Shown: positions 54,141 to 64,000, counted from the stretch's first letter. The stretch is 64,000 nt of DNA from Angustibacter luteus (GCF_039541115.1 NZ_BAABFP010000002.1:620001-684000); one strand, 5' to 3'. Translations and numbers: made by a program. The notes: a model not told the origin generated them from the letters alone.

Positions 54141-55234
54141 CAGGCGACTCCTACGCACTGGGGTGACGTCCCGTTGCCGAAGGCGATGTTGCCGCCGAGG
54201 TCAGTGGCGTGCGGCGCGTAGATGCCCCGGTGCGTGTTGTCGATCGCCACGTTCTTGCGCAGGCTGGTGCGGTCGTTGCTCGTGACGAGCCCGTCACCGT
54301 TGCGCAGGAACAGGTTGCGGTCGAGCAGCGCCGAGCGGTGGTCGGTGGACGGGTCGTCCGCGTCGGCGGTGTAGCCGGTCGTGTTCCGCTCGATGACGTT
54401 CTTGCGCAACGTCACCGTGCTGAACTCGCCGACCGAGACGCCGATCCGGTTCCGCACGAGGTGGTTGCCGGTCAGCGTGCTGCCGCCGAACGCCCCGAAC
54501 GTGACGAAGGCGACGTCGCTGCCGGTCACGGTGTTGCCGGTGAGGTCTGCCCCGAAGACCGCCGCCGTGACACCGACGACGTTGCCCCTGAGCGTGTTGT
54601 ACCGCAGTGAGCAGAACGACTCGTCGCAGCTGAAAGCCGTCTGGCTGCGGGTCACCGTCGAGTGGCTGACCCGCAGGCTGCCGGTGATCACGCGCACCCC
54701 CGCGCCGTTGTCGCTGAGCGTGGCGGCGGTCACCGAGGCGAAGCCCGCGACCGCTGACAGCGCGGTGGTGTTGTGCGTGAAGCTGGAACGTGCCACCACG
54801 TACCGCGGCGCCGGCAGGTACGTGCCGATGATGTCGGAGAAGTCGAGGCCCGTCTGGTTGCGGGAGAAGGCGATCCCGCTCACGCTCACCGTGCCGGTCC
54901 CAGGGTTGTCGAGGTCGCGACTGCCGGACAGCCCCGTGCCCCAGTGCTCGATGCGGCCATTGCGCACCACGACGTCGGCCACGTCGGTGACCTTGATCGC
55001 CGTGCCTCGGGGGTCGCCGTCGCCGCGCAGCCGGTGTCCACGCAGGTCGAGCGTGACGTGACCGTCGAGCACGATGCCCTGGTCGTAGGCGCACGTGAGG
55101 TCGTGGGTCAGGTGGGCGTCGGCGTGCAGCGTCTCGCCGCACTGGACGCCGGACGCTGCCTGGGCAGCGGATGGCGACGCCACGACGGATGCCGCGACAA
55201 CCGTGAGCGCGGTCAGGACAGGTGCGATGCGCAT
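54137..55234 (-). CDS. Secreted right-handed parallel beta-helix (NosD-like) protein
   Basis: Signal peptide; TLDLRGH; repeated N..G motifs; GGNIAFGN...CVGVAC end. Confidence 0.85.
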   Translation of the reverse strand: MRIAPVLTALTVVAASVVASPSAAQAASGVQCGETLHADAHLTHDLTCAYDQGIVLDGHVTLDLRGHRLRGDGDPRGTAIKVTDVADVVVRNGRIEHWGTGLSGSRDLDNPGTGTVSVSGIAFSRNQTGLDFSDIIGTYLPAPRYVVARSSFTHNTTALSAVAGFASVTAATLSDNGAGVRVITGSLRVSHSTVTRSQTAFSCDESFCSLRYNTLRGNVVGVTAAVFGADLTGNTVTGSDVAFVTFGAFGGSTLTGNHLVRNRIGVSVGEFSTVTLRKNVIERNTTGYTADADDPSTDHRSALLDRNLFLRNGDGLVTSNDRTSLRKNVAIDNTHRGIYAPHATDLGGNIAFGNGTSPQCVGVAC

Positions 55235-55381
55235 GGGACCCCCTCGAGCCAACGGCCTGCCCCCTGCGGCCAGGCCACCTCACCACTGTGCTCGCCCGGG
55301 TCCGTCCGCGTCAGCCGCTCGACGTCATTGCTCTGCGGCTGGAGAGGGCGTCCCGCGTCGGAGCACGAGACGCGGTCGCTG

Positions 55382-56536
55382 CTACCTCAGCAGCTGGCGG
55401 GCCATCACCAACCGCTGGATCTGGTTGGTGCCCTCGTAGATCTGGGTGATCTTGGCGTCCCGCATCATCCGCTCCAGCGGGAAGTCCTTGACGTAGCCGG
55501 CGCCGCCGAGCAGCTGGACGGCGTCCGTGGTGACCTCCATGGCGACGTCCGAGGCGTAGCACTTGGCCGCCGCCCCGAAGAACGGCAGGTCGGGGTCGTT
55601 CCGCTCGCTCTTGGCCGCGGCGACGTAGACCATCTGCCGGGCCGCCTCGAGCTTCATCGCCATGTCCGCGAGCATGAACTGCACGCCCTGGAACTCGGCG
55701 ACCGCCTTGCCGAACTGCTTGCGGTCCTTGACGTACGCGAGCGCGTGGTCCAGCGCGCCCTGGGCGATCCCGACGGCCTGCGCGCCGATGGTCACCCGGG
55801 TGTGGTCCAGCGTGCGCAGGGCGATCTTCAGGCCCTCGCCGCGCTCGCCGACCATCCGGTCCGCGGGGATCCGGCAGTTGTCGAAGTGCAGCTCGCGGGT
55901 GGGGCTGCCCTTGATGCCAAGCTTGCGCTCGGGCTCGCCGAACGTGAAGCCCTCGTCGGACTTCTCCACCACGAACGCCGTGACGCCGCGGCCGCGCGGC
56001 GCATCGGGGTCGGTGACCGCGAGCACCGTGTAGTACTCGCTGATGCCGGCGTTGGTGATCCACGACTTCTGGCCGTTCAGTACGAACTCGTCGCCGTCCG
56101 GGGTGGCCTTGCAGCGCATGCTCGCGGTGTCGCTGCCGGCCTCGCGCTCGGACAGCCCGTAGCTGAACATCGCCTCGCCACTGGCCACCGGCGGCAGGTA
56201 CCTCGCCTTGACCTCGTCGCTGGCGGCGAGCAGCAGCGGCATGGTGCCGAGCTTGTTGACCGCGGGGATCAGCGAGGACGACGCGCAGCCGCGGGCCACC
56301 TCCTCGATGACCAGGCAGGTGGCGAGGGCGTCGGCCCCGACACCGTCGTACTGCTCGGGGATGTGCGGGGCGTGGAAGTCCGCGGCCCGCAAGGCCTCGA
56401 AGGCCTGCTGCGGGAAGGCGCTCTTGTCGTCCACCTCGGCGGCGTGCGGCGCCACCTTGGCCTGGACGACGGCTCGCACCGCCTCCCGCAGCCCCTCGTG
56501 GTCCTCGCTCAGCCGGTACAGGTCGAAGTCGCTCAC
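55382..56536 (-). CDS. Acyl-CoA dehydrogenase (alternative TTG at 56545)
   Basis: LSEREAGSD, LNGQKSWITNA, KLGIKGSPT, RKQFGK, RDAKITQIYEGTNQIQR. Confidence 0.96.
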   Translation of the reverse strand: MSDFDLYRLSEDHEGLREAVRAVVQAKVAPHAAEVDDKSAFPQQAFEALRAADFHAPHIPEQYDGVGADALATCLVIEEVARGCASSSLIPAVNKLGTMPLLLAASDEVKARYLPPVASGEAMFSYGLSEREAGSDTASMRCKATPDGDEFVLNGQKSWITNAGISEYYTVLAVTDPDAPRGRGVTAFVVEKSDEGFTFGEPERKLGIKGSPTRELHFDNCRIPADRMVGERGEGLKIALRTLDHTRVTIGAQAVGIAQGALDHALAYVKDRKQFGKAVAEFQGVQFMLADMAMKLEAARQMVYVAAAKSERNDPDLPFFGAAAKCYASDVAMEVTTDAVQLLGGAGYVKDFPLERMMRDAKITQIYEGTNQIQRLVMARQLLR

Positions 56537-56584
56537 GAACGTCAATGCTACCGGCCGGTCACTTCGCCTCGGACGAGGCGTTCG

Positions 56585-57889
56585 TCACTGCGGGCGCGAC
56601 GTGGGGGCACCGATCAGCACCCGGGTCACGGCCGTCCAGCGGGCCGGGTCAGTGATCCGCCGGCCGTCCACCAGCACCTGGACGCCGGGCAGGTCGGCCG
56701 GGGTGAGCTCGGCGTACTCCGCGTGGTCGGCCTGCACGACCGCAGCATCCACCGGGTCGCCCAGGTGGTGCACCGGCAAGCCCAGGGTCGTCAGCTCGTC
56801 GTCCGAGTACATCGGGTCGTGCACGCCGACGTCGGCTCCCCGGCCGCGCAGTGCGCCCACCGTGGCGAAGACCCCGGAGAACGCCGTCTCCTTCACCCCA
56901 CCGCGGTACGACGCACCGAGCACGGCCACCCGGCGGCCGGACAGGTCACCCAGCTCGGCCTCCAGCATCGCCACGGTGCGCTCCGGCATCTCGGCGTTGG
57001 CAGCCCTGGCCGTCGCCACGATGGACGCGTCCGGGTCGTTCCACAGGTAGAGCCTCGGGTACACCGGGATGCAGTGGCCGCCGACGGCGATGCCCGGGCG
57101 GTGGATGTGGCTGTAGGGCTGGGAGTTCGAGGCGTCGATCACCGCGTTGACGTCGATGCCGTGCTTGCCCGCGAACAGGGCGAACTGGTTGGCCAGACCG
57201 ATGTTCACGTCCCGGTAGGTCGTCTCGGCCAGCTTGGCCAGCTCGCTGGCCTCTGCCGAGCCGAGGTCCCACACCCCGTTCGGCCGTGCCAGGTCGGGTC
57301 GCTCGTCGAAGTCCAGGACCGACTCGTAGAACCCGATGGCCCGTTCGGCGCTGGCCTGGTCGACGCCGCCCACCAGCTTCGGGTACTTGCGCAGGTCGGC
57401 GAAGACCCGGCCGGTCAGCACCCGCTCGGGCGAGAACGCGACGAACAGGTCCTGCCCGACGGTCAGGCCCGACGTCCCCTCCAGCACCGGCAGGAACCGG
57501 CTGCGCGTGGTCCCCACCGGCAGGGTCGTCTCGTAGCTGACCAGCGTCCCGGGACGGAGCCCGGCCGCCACGGCGGCCGTCGCCGCGTCCATCGCCCGGA
57601 AGTCGGGCTTCGCGTCGTCGTCCACGAACAGCGGCACCACCAGGACGACGGCGTCGCTGCCGGCGACCGCGGCGGTGGTGTCCGTGGTTGCGGTCAGCCG
57701 CCCGGCGTCCACCACCTCGCGCAGCTTGTCAGCGAGGTGCGCCTCGCCGGGGAACGGCTCGACACCCGCGTTCACCTGATCGACCGTCTGCTGGTTGACG
57801 TCAGCCCCGACGACGCTGTGACCCTTGCTGGCGAACTGGACCGCGAGCGGCAGCCCGATCTTGCCGAGAGCGACGACGGTGATCTGCAT
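56585..57889 (-). CDS. Nucleotide-sugar 6-dehydrogenase (WbpA/WecC-like)
   Basis: ALGKIGLPL, ETTLPVGTT, FSPER, AKLAETTYRDVNI, VGGHCIP; GGAGGA SD before ATG 57889. Confidence 0.93.
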   Translation of the reverse strand: MQITVVALGKIGLPLAVQFASKGHSVVGADVNQQTVDQVNAGVEPFPGEAHLADKLREVVDAGRLTATTDTTAAVAGSDAVVLVVPLFVDDDAKPDFRAMDAATAAVAAGLRPGTLVSYETTLPVGTTRSRFLPVLEGTSGLTVGQDLFVAFSPERVLTGRVFADLRKYPKLVGGVDQASAERAIGFYESVLDFDERPDLARPNGVWDLGSAEASELAKLAETTYRDVNIGLANQFALFAGKHGIDVNAVIDASNSQPYSHIHRPGIAVGGHCIPVYPRLYLWNDPDASIVATARAANAEMPERTVAMLEAELGDLSGRRVAVLGASYRGGVKETAFSGVFATVGALRGRGADVGVHDPMYSDDELTTLGLPVHHLGDPVDAAVVQADHAEYAELTPADLPGVQVLVDGRRITDPARWTAVTRVLIGAPTSRPQ

Positions 57890-57953
57890 GAAGGGTCCTC
57901 CCGGAGCGGCGCGGAACGACCAGCAGCATAACGACGACATAGGATCGCCGATC

Positions 57954-59045
57954 ATGCGGATCCTCGCCGTCACCACCTGGTACCCGAGCGACGAGAACCC
58001 TGTTGTGGGCGTCTTCGTGCAGCGGCACCTGGCCGCCATCGCCGCCCGGCACGACGTCCGGGTCGCGCACGTCACCGGCTCCACGACGGGCGAGCCCGCC
58101 GGCTCACCGTCAACACCGCCGGTCCACAGGTACTCGAAGGTGCCCACCTCGCTGGTCGGCGACGCTCGGGCGTTGCGGGCACACGCGGCGCGATGGCGGC
58201 CCGACGTCGTGCACACGATGGCCTTCTCGTCACTGCCCTGGGGTGCCGTGGCCCGCGGGCCCAGCACCTGGGTGCACACCGAGCACTGGTCCGGTGTCAG
58301 CGACCCCGCCTCGGCCGGGCGGTACTGGTCGGCGCTGCGCGGGTCCCGCCACCTGCTCCGGTGGCCGCACCTGGTGACGTCGGTCAGCTCCTACCTCGAT
58401 GAGCGGGTTGCGCCCTTCACGCGGGACGGCGCGCACGTGGTCGTGCCGAACGTGGTCGCCGGCCCGGAGCAGCCGCTGCCGTGGCTCGCCCAGGCACCCG
58501 GAACGATGAACCTGCTCAGCGTCGGCGGCCTGAACGCCATCAAGAACCCGCTGCTCGCCGTCGAGACCCTGGCCGAGCTGCGGCGGCGTGGTCACCAGGC
58601 CTCGCTGCGCTGGGCCGGGAGCGGCGCCCTGCAGGTCGCCGTCCGCAGCCGTTCCGTCGAGCTGGGGGTGGGCGACCACCTGGAGCTGGTGGGCCAGGTG
58701 CCCCCCGACCAGCTCGCCCAGCACCACGGCTGGTCCACCTGCTTCCTGCTGCCGAGCGAGCACGAGACGTTCTGCGTCGCGGGCGCTGAAGCGCTGCTCC
58801 ACGGGCGACCCGTCGTCCTGGGCGGCACCGGCGGCCAGCGTGACTTCGTCACTGCCGACCTCGGCCGCCTCGTGGCCCAGCGCAGCCCGACGGCGTACGC
58901 CGACGCGGTCGAGGACGCCCACACCCGGCTGGTCGGCCGGGACCCTGAGACGTTCGCAGCACCCGTGCGAGCCAGGTTCAACCCGGTCGCCGTGGCCGAC
59001 GACTTCGACGAGGCGTACGCCGTGGCCCGGTCGCGGCGCGGATAG
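57954..59045 (+). CDS. GT4 glycosyltransferase
   Basis: MRILAVTTWYP, HTEHWS, LPSEHETFCVAGAEA; TAGGAT -10 lies 8 nt before the ATG. Confidence 0.9.
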   Translation: MRILAVTTWYPSDENPVVGVFVQRHLAAIAARHDVRVAHVTGSTTGEPAGSPSTPPVHRYSKVPTSLVGDARALRAHAARWRPDVVHTMAFSSLPWGAVARGPSTWVHTEHWSGVSDPASAGRYWSALRGSRHLLRWPHLVTSVSSYLDERVAPFTRDGAHVVVPNVVAGPEQPLPWLAQAPGTMNLLSVGGLNAIKNPLLAVETLAELRRRGHQASLRWAGSGALQVAVRSRSVELGVGDHLELVGQVPPDQLAQHHGWSTCFLLPSEHETFCVAGAEALLHGRPVVLGGTGGQRDFVTADLGRLVAQRSPTAYADAVEDAHTRLVGRDPETFAAPVRARFNPVAVADDFDEAYAVARSRRG

Positions 59046-59056
59046 ACTCCTGCGCC

Positions 59057-60130
59057 GTGAAGGTACTCAGCGTCGTCGGCGCCCGACCGCAGTTCGTCAA
59101 GCTCGCCCCGGTCGCCGAGGCGTTGGCCGGGCGCTGCGAGCACGTCATCGTGCACACCGGACAGCACTACGACGCACGGCTGTCCGACGTGTTCTTCGCC
59201 GACCTGAAGATCCCGGCGCCCGACGTGCACCTGGGGATCGGATCGGCGAGCCACGGCCACCAGACCGGCGCGATGCTCGCCGGGATCGAGGACGTCTTGC
59301 TGGCACAGCGGCCGGACTGGGTGCTCGTCTACGGCGACACCAACTCGACGCTGGCCGCCACCGTCGCCGCCGTGAAGCTGCACCAGAAGGTCGCCCACCT
59401 CGAGGCCGGTCTGCGCTCCTTCAACCGGCGGATGCCGGAGGAGCACAACCGGGTGCTCACCGACCACGCCGCCGACCTGTGCCTGGCGCCGACCGAGGTG
59501 GCGATGGGTCACCTGCGCGACGAGGGACTGGCCGCTCGCAGCACGATGGTCGGCGACGTGATGACGGACGTCTGCCTGCGGGTCGCGCAGGCGGTGCAGG
59601 ACGAGCCGCCGACGACGGCCGGGGTCGACCCCGAGCAGGGCTACTACCTGGCCACCATCCACCGCGCCGAGAACACCGACGACCCGCAGCGGCTGCACCG
59701 GGTGGTTGAGTCGCTGGCCGCGCTGGACCACCCCGTGCTCCTGCTGGCGCACCCGCGGCTGGTGGCCACTGCCGAACGCCAGGGGCTGCCCCTCGCCCAG
59801 GGATCCGTCGTCGTTGCCGAGCCGCAGCCCTACCCCGAGCTGATCAGGTTGGCGCTGCACTCCCGCGGCGTCGTCACCGACTCCGGTGGCCTGCAGAAGG
59901 AGGCGTTCCTGCTGCGGGTGCCGTGTACGACCCTGCGCACCGAGACCGAGTGGACCGAGACCGTCGACCTCGGCTGGAACGTCCTGGACGGTGACCTGGT
60001 CGACGTCGCGGCCGCTGCCGCCCGCCCCGAGCCACCCGCGACCGATGCAGCCCCGTACGGCGACGGGCACGCGGCACAGCGGGTAGCCGCGGTCCTGCTC
60101 GGTGAGACGGGGTCGACCTCGGAGAGCTAG
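59057..60130 (+). CDS. wecB: Non-hydrolysing UDP-N-acetylglucosamine 2-epimerase (WecB/WbpI-like)
   Basis: VVGARPQFVK, HTGQHYD, YGDTNS, HLEAGLRS, TDSGGLQKEA. Confidence 0.95.
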   Translation: MKVLSVVGARPQFVKLAPVAEALAGRCEHVIVHTGQHYDARLSDVFFADLKIPAPDVHLGIGSASHGHQTGAMLAGIEDVLLAQRPDWVLVYGDTNSTLAATVAAVKLHQKVAHLEAGLRSFNRRMPEEHNRVLTDHAADLCLAPTEVAMGHLRDEGLAARSTMVGDVMTDVCLRVAQAVQDEPPTTAGVDPEQGYYLATIHRAENTDDPQRLHRVVESLAALDHPVLLLAHPRLVATAERQGLPLAQGSVVVAEPQPYPELIRLALHSRGVVTDSGGLQKEAFLLRVPCTTLRTETEWTETVDLGWNVLDGDLVDVAAAAARPEPPATDAAPYGDGHAAQRVAAVLLGETGSTSES

Positions 60131-61350
60131 CCGGGCAGCCCGATCGCCCGCAGCACGCCGGCCACAGCCTCTCGAGCGACCTGTCGCAGGCTCGCGTGCT
60201 CTCGCGTCCAGTCCGCCAGCCGCGCACGGCGCTCGTCGCTCGGCGGAGCGGCAAAGGCTCGGACCAGACCCTCGGCGACGGCACTCGCGTCGTGGTCCAC
60301 GGCCTCGCCGAGGGCCTCGCGCTCGACCTGCTCGGCAGCTGCGCCGACGCCGGCGTACAGCACCGGCGTCCCGGTTGCCGTGGCCGCCCAGATCTTCGTG
60401 GGTCGGGCGAAGTCGTAGCCCTGACCCGGGACGATGGAGACCAGTGCGCAGGTAGCGTGCCGCTGCCACCGTGCCGCGACCGGCGGCGGAACCACCCCGG
60501 GGAAGTCCACCCGGCCGGGGGCGAGCTCGTCGGCCGCGGCGCGGATCGACGGCAGCGCACTGCCCTGGCCGAGGAACACCAACCGGGCGTCCCGCGGCAG
60601 CCGGTCGAGCACCTGCGCGAAACCGCGCACGAACACGTCAGCACCCTGCCACTCCGACATCGTCCCCGCGTACGCCGCGTAGGGCTCCGGGATCGGCGCC
60701 CCCCGGACCTGAGACCCACCCTCGGGGACGTCGTCCGGGCCGAAGACGTCGGTGTCCACCCCGTTCCCGACGAGCTGTACCGTCTCGGGCCGGACGCCGA
60801 GCAGCAGCAACCGCTCGGTGACGCCCTCGTTGACCGACAGCACGTGCCGGGCTCCGGAGAGCACCCACGACTCAACCGCGCGGACCGCCCGGACGACCGG
60901 TCCGGGCGCGCCGGCGCTGGCCGCCCCGTCACTCCAGACGTCGGCCGCGAACCAGACGTAGGGCACCCGCCGCAGGGCGCACACCACCCGGACGACCAGC
61001 CCCGTCGTCGGCGGCGGCTCGCAGATCACGACGTCGGGACGACGCACGACCAGCAGTCGCAGGACGAGCGGCAGGTCGAAGCTCAGGTACTGCACGTACC
61101 CGCGCACCGTCTGCTGGGCGTCGCGCAGCACCGGCCAGCGGCGGACCCGCACGCCGTCCGGATCCGCGACGTCCGCCGTGCCGGTGGGCGGCCGGGTGGT
61201 CAGCACCTCGACGTCCCAGCCCGCCTCGGCGAAGGCCACCGTCAGGGCGCGCAGCCGGGCGGACGCGGCTGACACCTCCGGCGAGAACAGCCGCGTCACC
61301 ACGACGGCGCGGCGACGGGGCGGGCGCGGGGCTGGTGCGGTGTCGCTCAC
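60127..61350 (-). CDS. GT4 glycosyltransferase (WbuB-like)
   Basis: FSPE, PPPT, DVW, NGVDTDVF, YAGT...QG, PTK. Confidence 0.88.
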   Translation of the reverse strand: MSDTAPAPRPPRRRAVVVTRLFSPEVSAASARLRALTVAFAEAGWDVEVLTTRPPTGTADVADPDGVRVRRWPVLRDAQQTVRGYVQYLSFDLPLVLRLLVVRRPDVVICEPPPTTGLVVRVVCALRRVPYVWFAADVWSDGAASAGAPGPVVRAVRAVESWVLSGARHVLSVNEGVTERLLLLGVRPETVQLVGNGVDTDVFGPDDVPEGGSQVRGAPIPEPYAAYAGTMSEWQGADVFVRGFAQVLDRLPRDARLVFLGQGSALPSIRAAADELAPGRVDFPGVVPPPVAARWQRHATCALVSIVPGQGYDFARPTKIWAATATGTPVLYAGVGAAAEQVEREALGEAVDHDASAVAEGLVRAFAAPPSDERRARLADWTREHASLRQVAREAVAGVLRAIGLPG

Positions 61351-62339
61351 GCGAGCTGGACGACGGAGCCGTCGCGGGCCGAGGCAAGCATGGCCTCGGC
61401 CACCTCGACGGTGCGGAGGCCGTCAGCCATGGTCACGATCCCCGAAGGATCGCCGTTGACGGCGTCCCGGAAGGCCTCGTGCTCGACCCGAAGCGGCTCA
61501 CGCTTGGCGAAGGCGAACCGGATGACATCTCCCTCGGAGACGCCCCGGAAGCTGGACACCGAGGCCCACTCCGTCGGCACGGTTCCGTTCGCGTAGAACG
61601 TCAGGTCGGCGTTCAACGTGTCGGCCACGAACGAGCCGCGCTCCCCCGTGACCACGGTCATCCGCTCCTTGAACGGCGACAGCCAGTTCACGAGGTGGCT
61701 GGTCACGACCCCGTTGGCCAGTGACCCGACCGCCGCCACCAGGTCTTCGTGCTCGCGTCCGCTGCGGTGCGTGATCCGGGCGCCGACGCTGGTGAACGGG
61801 CTCTGCGCGACCCAGGCCGTGAGGTCGATGTCGTGGGTCGCGAGGTCCTTCACCACGCCCACGTCCGCGATCCGGGCCGGGAACGGACCCTGACGGCGCG
61901 TCACGATCTGGTAGACCTCGCCGAGCTCTCCGGCCTCGATCCTCGCCCGGGCCTCCTGCAGGGCCGGGTTGAAGCGCTCGATGTGTCCGACGCAGCCCAC
62001 GAGACCCTTCGCCTCGAACGCCTCGACGATCGAGCGCGCGGCCTCGGCGGTCGAGGCCAGCGGCTTCTCGATCATCACGTGCACGCCGGCGTCCGCCAGC
62101 TCGAGGGCGATCTCCTCGTGCAGGCCGGTGGGCGCCGCCACGACGGCGACGTCGATGCCGTGCGCGACCACCTCCGCCACGCTGGACACCAGCGGCAGAC
62201 CGCCGGCCACGGCGTGCGGGTCCCCACCCGGGTCGGCCACGGCGACGAGGTCGACGCCGTCCATCTCCCGCATCACGCGCACGTGGTGCCGGCCCATCAT
62301 CCCCAGCCCGACGACGGCGCCGCGCAAGGTGGCCGGCAT
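61347..62339 (-). CDS. Gfo/Idh/MocA oxidoreductase (WbpB-like 3-dehydrogenase)
   Basis: VVGLGMMG, IEKPLA, VGHIERFNPA, DLATHDID; TGATG overlap. Confidence 0.9.
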   Translation of the reverse strand: MPATLRGAVVGLGMMGRHHVRVMREMDGVDLVAVADPGGDPHAVAGGLPLVSSVAEVVAHGIDVAVVAAPTGLHEEIALELADAGVHVMIEKPLASTAEAARSIVEAFEAKGLVGCVGHIERFNPALQEARARIEAGELGEVYQIVTRRQGPFPARIADVGVVKDLATHDIDLTAWVAQSPFTSVGARITHRSGREHEDLVAAVGSLANGVVTSHLVNWLSPFKERMTVVTGERGSFVADTLNADLTFYANGTVPTEWASVSSFRGVSEGDVIRFAFAKREPLRVEHEAFRDAVNGDPSGIVTMADGLRTVEVAEAMLASARDGSVVQLA

Positions 62340-63418
62340 CAGGCGCCGGCCCGGACGACGGTGTTGACCGCGGTGACGATGGTCTCGAGGTCGTCCTGGC
62401 TCAGCGAGGGGTGCACGGGCAGCGACAGCACCTCGCGCGCCGCCTGCTCGGTGACCGGCAGGTCCAGGTCGCGCTGGAAAGACGGCAACCGGTGGTTCGG
62501 GATCGGGTAGTAGACCCCGGTGCCGACGCCGTGCTCCTCGCGGAGCGCCTTCGCCGCACCGTCGCGGTCGTCGGCGACCCGGATCGTGTACTGGTGGTAG
62601 ACGTGCACGCAGTCCGCTGCGACCGGCGGGACCACGACCCCCTCGAGGTTGGCGTCGAAGAAGGCCGCGTTCTGCTGACGCTGAGCCGTCCACCCGTCCA
62701 GCTTGGTGAGCTGCACGCGGCCTATCGCGGCGTGGATGTCGGTCATCCGGTTGTTCAGCCCGACGAGCTCGTTCTCGTACTGCTTCTCCATGCCCTGGTT
62801 GCGCAGCAGCCGAACCCGCCGCTCGAGGTCGGCGTCCGCGCAGCTGACCATGCCGCCCTCACCCGACGTCATGTTCTTGGTCGGGTACAGGCTGAACATC
62901 GCGAAGTCACCGAACGTGCCGACGCGCCGACCGTGGTACGAGGCGGCGTGCGCCTGCGCGGCGTCCTCGTACAGGCCCAGGCCGTGGCGGTCGGCGACGG
63001 CCTGCAGGCCGTCCATGTCCGCCGGGTGGCCGTACAGGTGCACGGGCATGATCCCCTTGGTGCGCTCGGTGACCGCCGCCTCGACGGCGGCCGGGTCGAG
63101 GCAGAACTGGTCGAGCTCGATGTCGACGAAGACCGGCGTCGCACCGGTCAGCGCGACCGAGTTGGCGGTTGCCGCGAAGGTGAAGCTGGGCACGATCACC
63201 TCGTCACCCGGCCCCACGCCGGCGGCGAGCAGGCCGAGGTGCTGGCCCGACGTCCCGGAGTTGACGGCCACGCACGTGCGCCCCTCGACGACGTGCTCGG
63301 CGAACTCCTGCTCGAATGCGGCGACCTCAGGGCCCTGTGCCACCATCCCACTGCGTAGGACGCGGTCGACCGCGGCCCGCTCCTCGTCGCCGATGATCGG
63401 CTTGGCTGCGGGAATCAT
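62339..63418 (-). CDS. DegT/DnrJ/EryC1/StrS aminotransferase (WbpE-like)
   Basis: NSGTSG, PVHLYG, EDAAQAH, FSLYPTKNMTSGEGG; ATGA overlap. Confidence 0.94.
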   Translation of the reverse strand: MIPAAKPIIGDEERAAVDRVLRSGMVAQGPEVAAFEQEFAEHVVEGRTCVAVNSGTSGQHLGLLAAGVGPGDEVIVPSFTFAATANSVALTGATPVFVDIELDQFCLDPAAVEAAVTERTKGIMPVHLYGHPADMDGLQAVADRHGLGLYEDAAQAHAASYHGRRVGTFGDFAMFSLYPTKNMTSGEGGMVSCADADLERRVRLLRNQGMEKQYENELVGLNNRMTDIHAAIGRVQLTKLDGWTAQRQQNAAFFDANLEGVVVPPVAADCVHVYHQYTIRVADDRDGAAKALREEHGVGTGVYYPIPNHRLPSFQRDLDLPVTEQAAREVLSLPVHPSLSQDDLETIVTAVNTVVRAGA

Positions 63419-64000
63419 GCTTCGTCCTCTTCCAGGGTGTCGTCGAGCTCGTGAAAGGTCTGACCGGTCGTGGGGCAACGCCAACCCTCGCCGTGACGCT
63501 CCAGCGGGACACCTGCCGGGCCGACCCAGGCGATGCGCCGAGCCGGCACCCCGGCCACGAGGGCGTAGTCGGGGACGTCGCGGGTCACCACGGCACCCGC
63601 CGCGACGGTCGCCCACCGACCGATGGTGACCGGCGCGATGCAGACCGCACGTGCGCCGACTGCGGCACCGTCCCCGATCGTGACGCCGACCGCCTCCCAG
63701 TCGCTGGCCAGCTTCTGCGACAGGTCCGGGTTGACGGCGCGCGGGTACTGGTCGTTCGTCAGGACCGCGGCTGGGCCGATGAACACCCCGGCACCGAGCA
63801 CCGCCGGCTCGTACACCAGCGCGTAGTTCTGGACCTTGCAGTCGTCGCCCATCACCACACCCGTGCCGATGTACGCGCCGCGACCCACGATGCACCGAGC
63901 GCCCAGGTCGGCACCTTCGCGGACCTGCGACAGGTGCCAGATCTTGCTGTCCTCACCGATCTGCGCGGAGTCCGCGACATCGGCTCCGGGGGCGATGTGA
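63415..64000 (-). CDS. Hexapeptide-repeat N-acetyltransferase (WbpD-like), 5' end outside the window
   Basis: Frame open to the window edge: HIAPGADVADSAQIGEDSKIWHLSQVREG...CKVQN...LTNDQYPR...GVPAR. Confidence 0.92.
   Translation of the reverse strand, partial: HIAPGADVADSAQIGEDSKIWHLSQVREGADLGARCIVGRGAYIGTGVVMGDDCKVQNYALVYEPAVLGAGVFIGPAAVLTNDQYPRAVNPDLSQKLASDWEAVGVTIGDGAAVGARAVCIAPVTIGRWATVAAGAVVTRDVPDYALVAGVPARRIAWVGPAGVPLERHGEGWRCPTTGQTFHELDDTLEEDEA

Noticed and set aside
47693..60130. Three convergent gene pairs sharing a CTAG stop overlap (47693, 54137, 60127)
   Set aside because: A common compact arrangement of convergent TAG stops; no evidence of function.

Overview
High-GC actinobacterial chromosome segment. 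The genus cannot be fixed from sequence alone. The left 13 kb is the conserved manB - DUF3499 - DUF5719 - GT2 - whiB - cofD/cofE - alkA-like backbone. A small variable island follows (DUF222-HNH, GNAT, SUFU). The remaining ~48 kb is mostly cell-envelope glycopolymer genes: (i) an rmlB-headed operon with a GT-C-like membrane protein, GT2, GT4, flippase-like protein and SAM methyltransferase; (ii) dTDP-rhamnose genes as two divergent pairs; (iii) two divergent secreted peptidoglycan hydrolases; (iv) a Wzm/Wzt ABC exporter, two CDP-alcohol phosphotransferases, an NTP transferase, a Stealth protein, a double TagF-domain protein and paralogous GT2s; (v) a WbpA/B/E/D/I-like set for a 2,3-diacetamido uronic acid. 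An S8 protease, an RDD pair, a beta-helix protein and an acyl-CoA dehydrogenase lie between (iv) and (v). No rRNA, tRNA, CRISPR array or transposase was recognised. The most notable signals read from the DNA are: PafBC/RecA-NDp-type promoters before the HNH and alkA-like genes; probable bidirectional promoters with 18-bp geometry at the rml pairs; sigma-28-like promoters near inverted GACAC sites; a GTnAC-N6-GTnAC box before the protease; many leaderless starts; and three glycosyltransferases with anomalous starts. All family calls are by eye from motifs, with no database searches.
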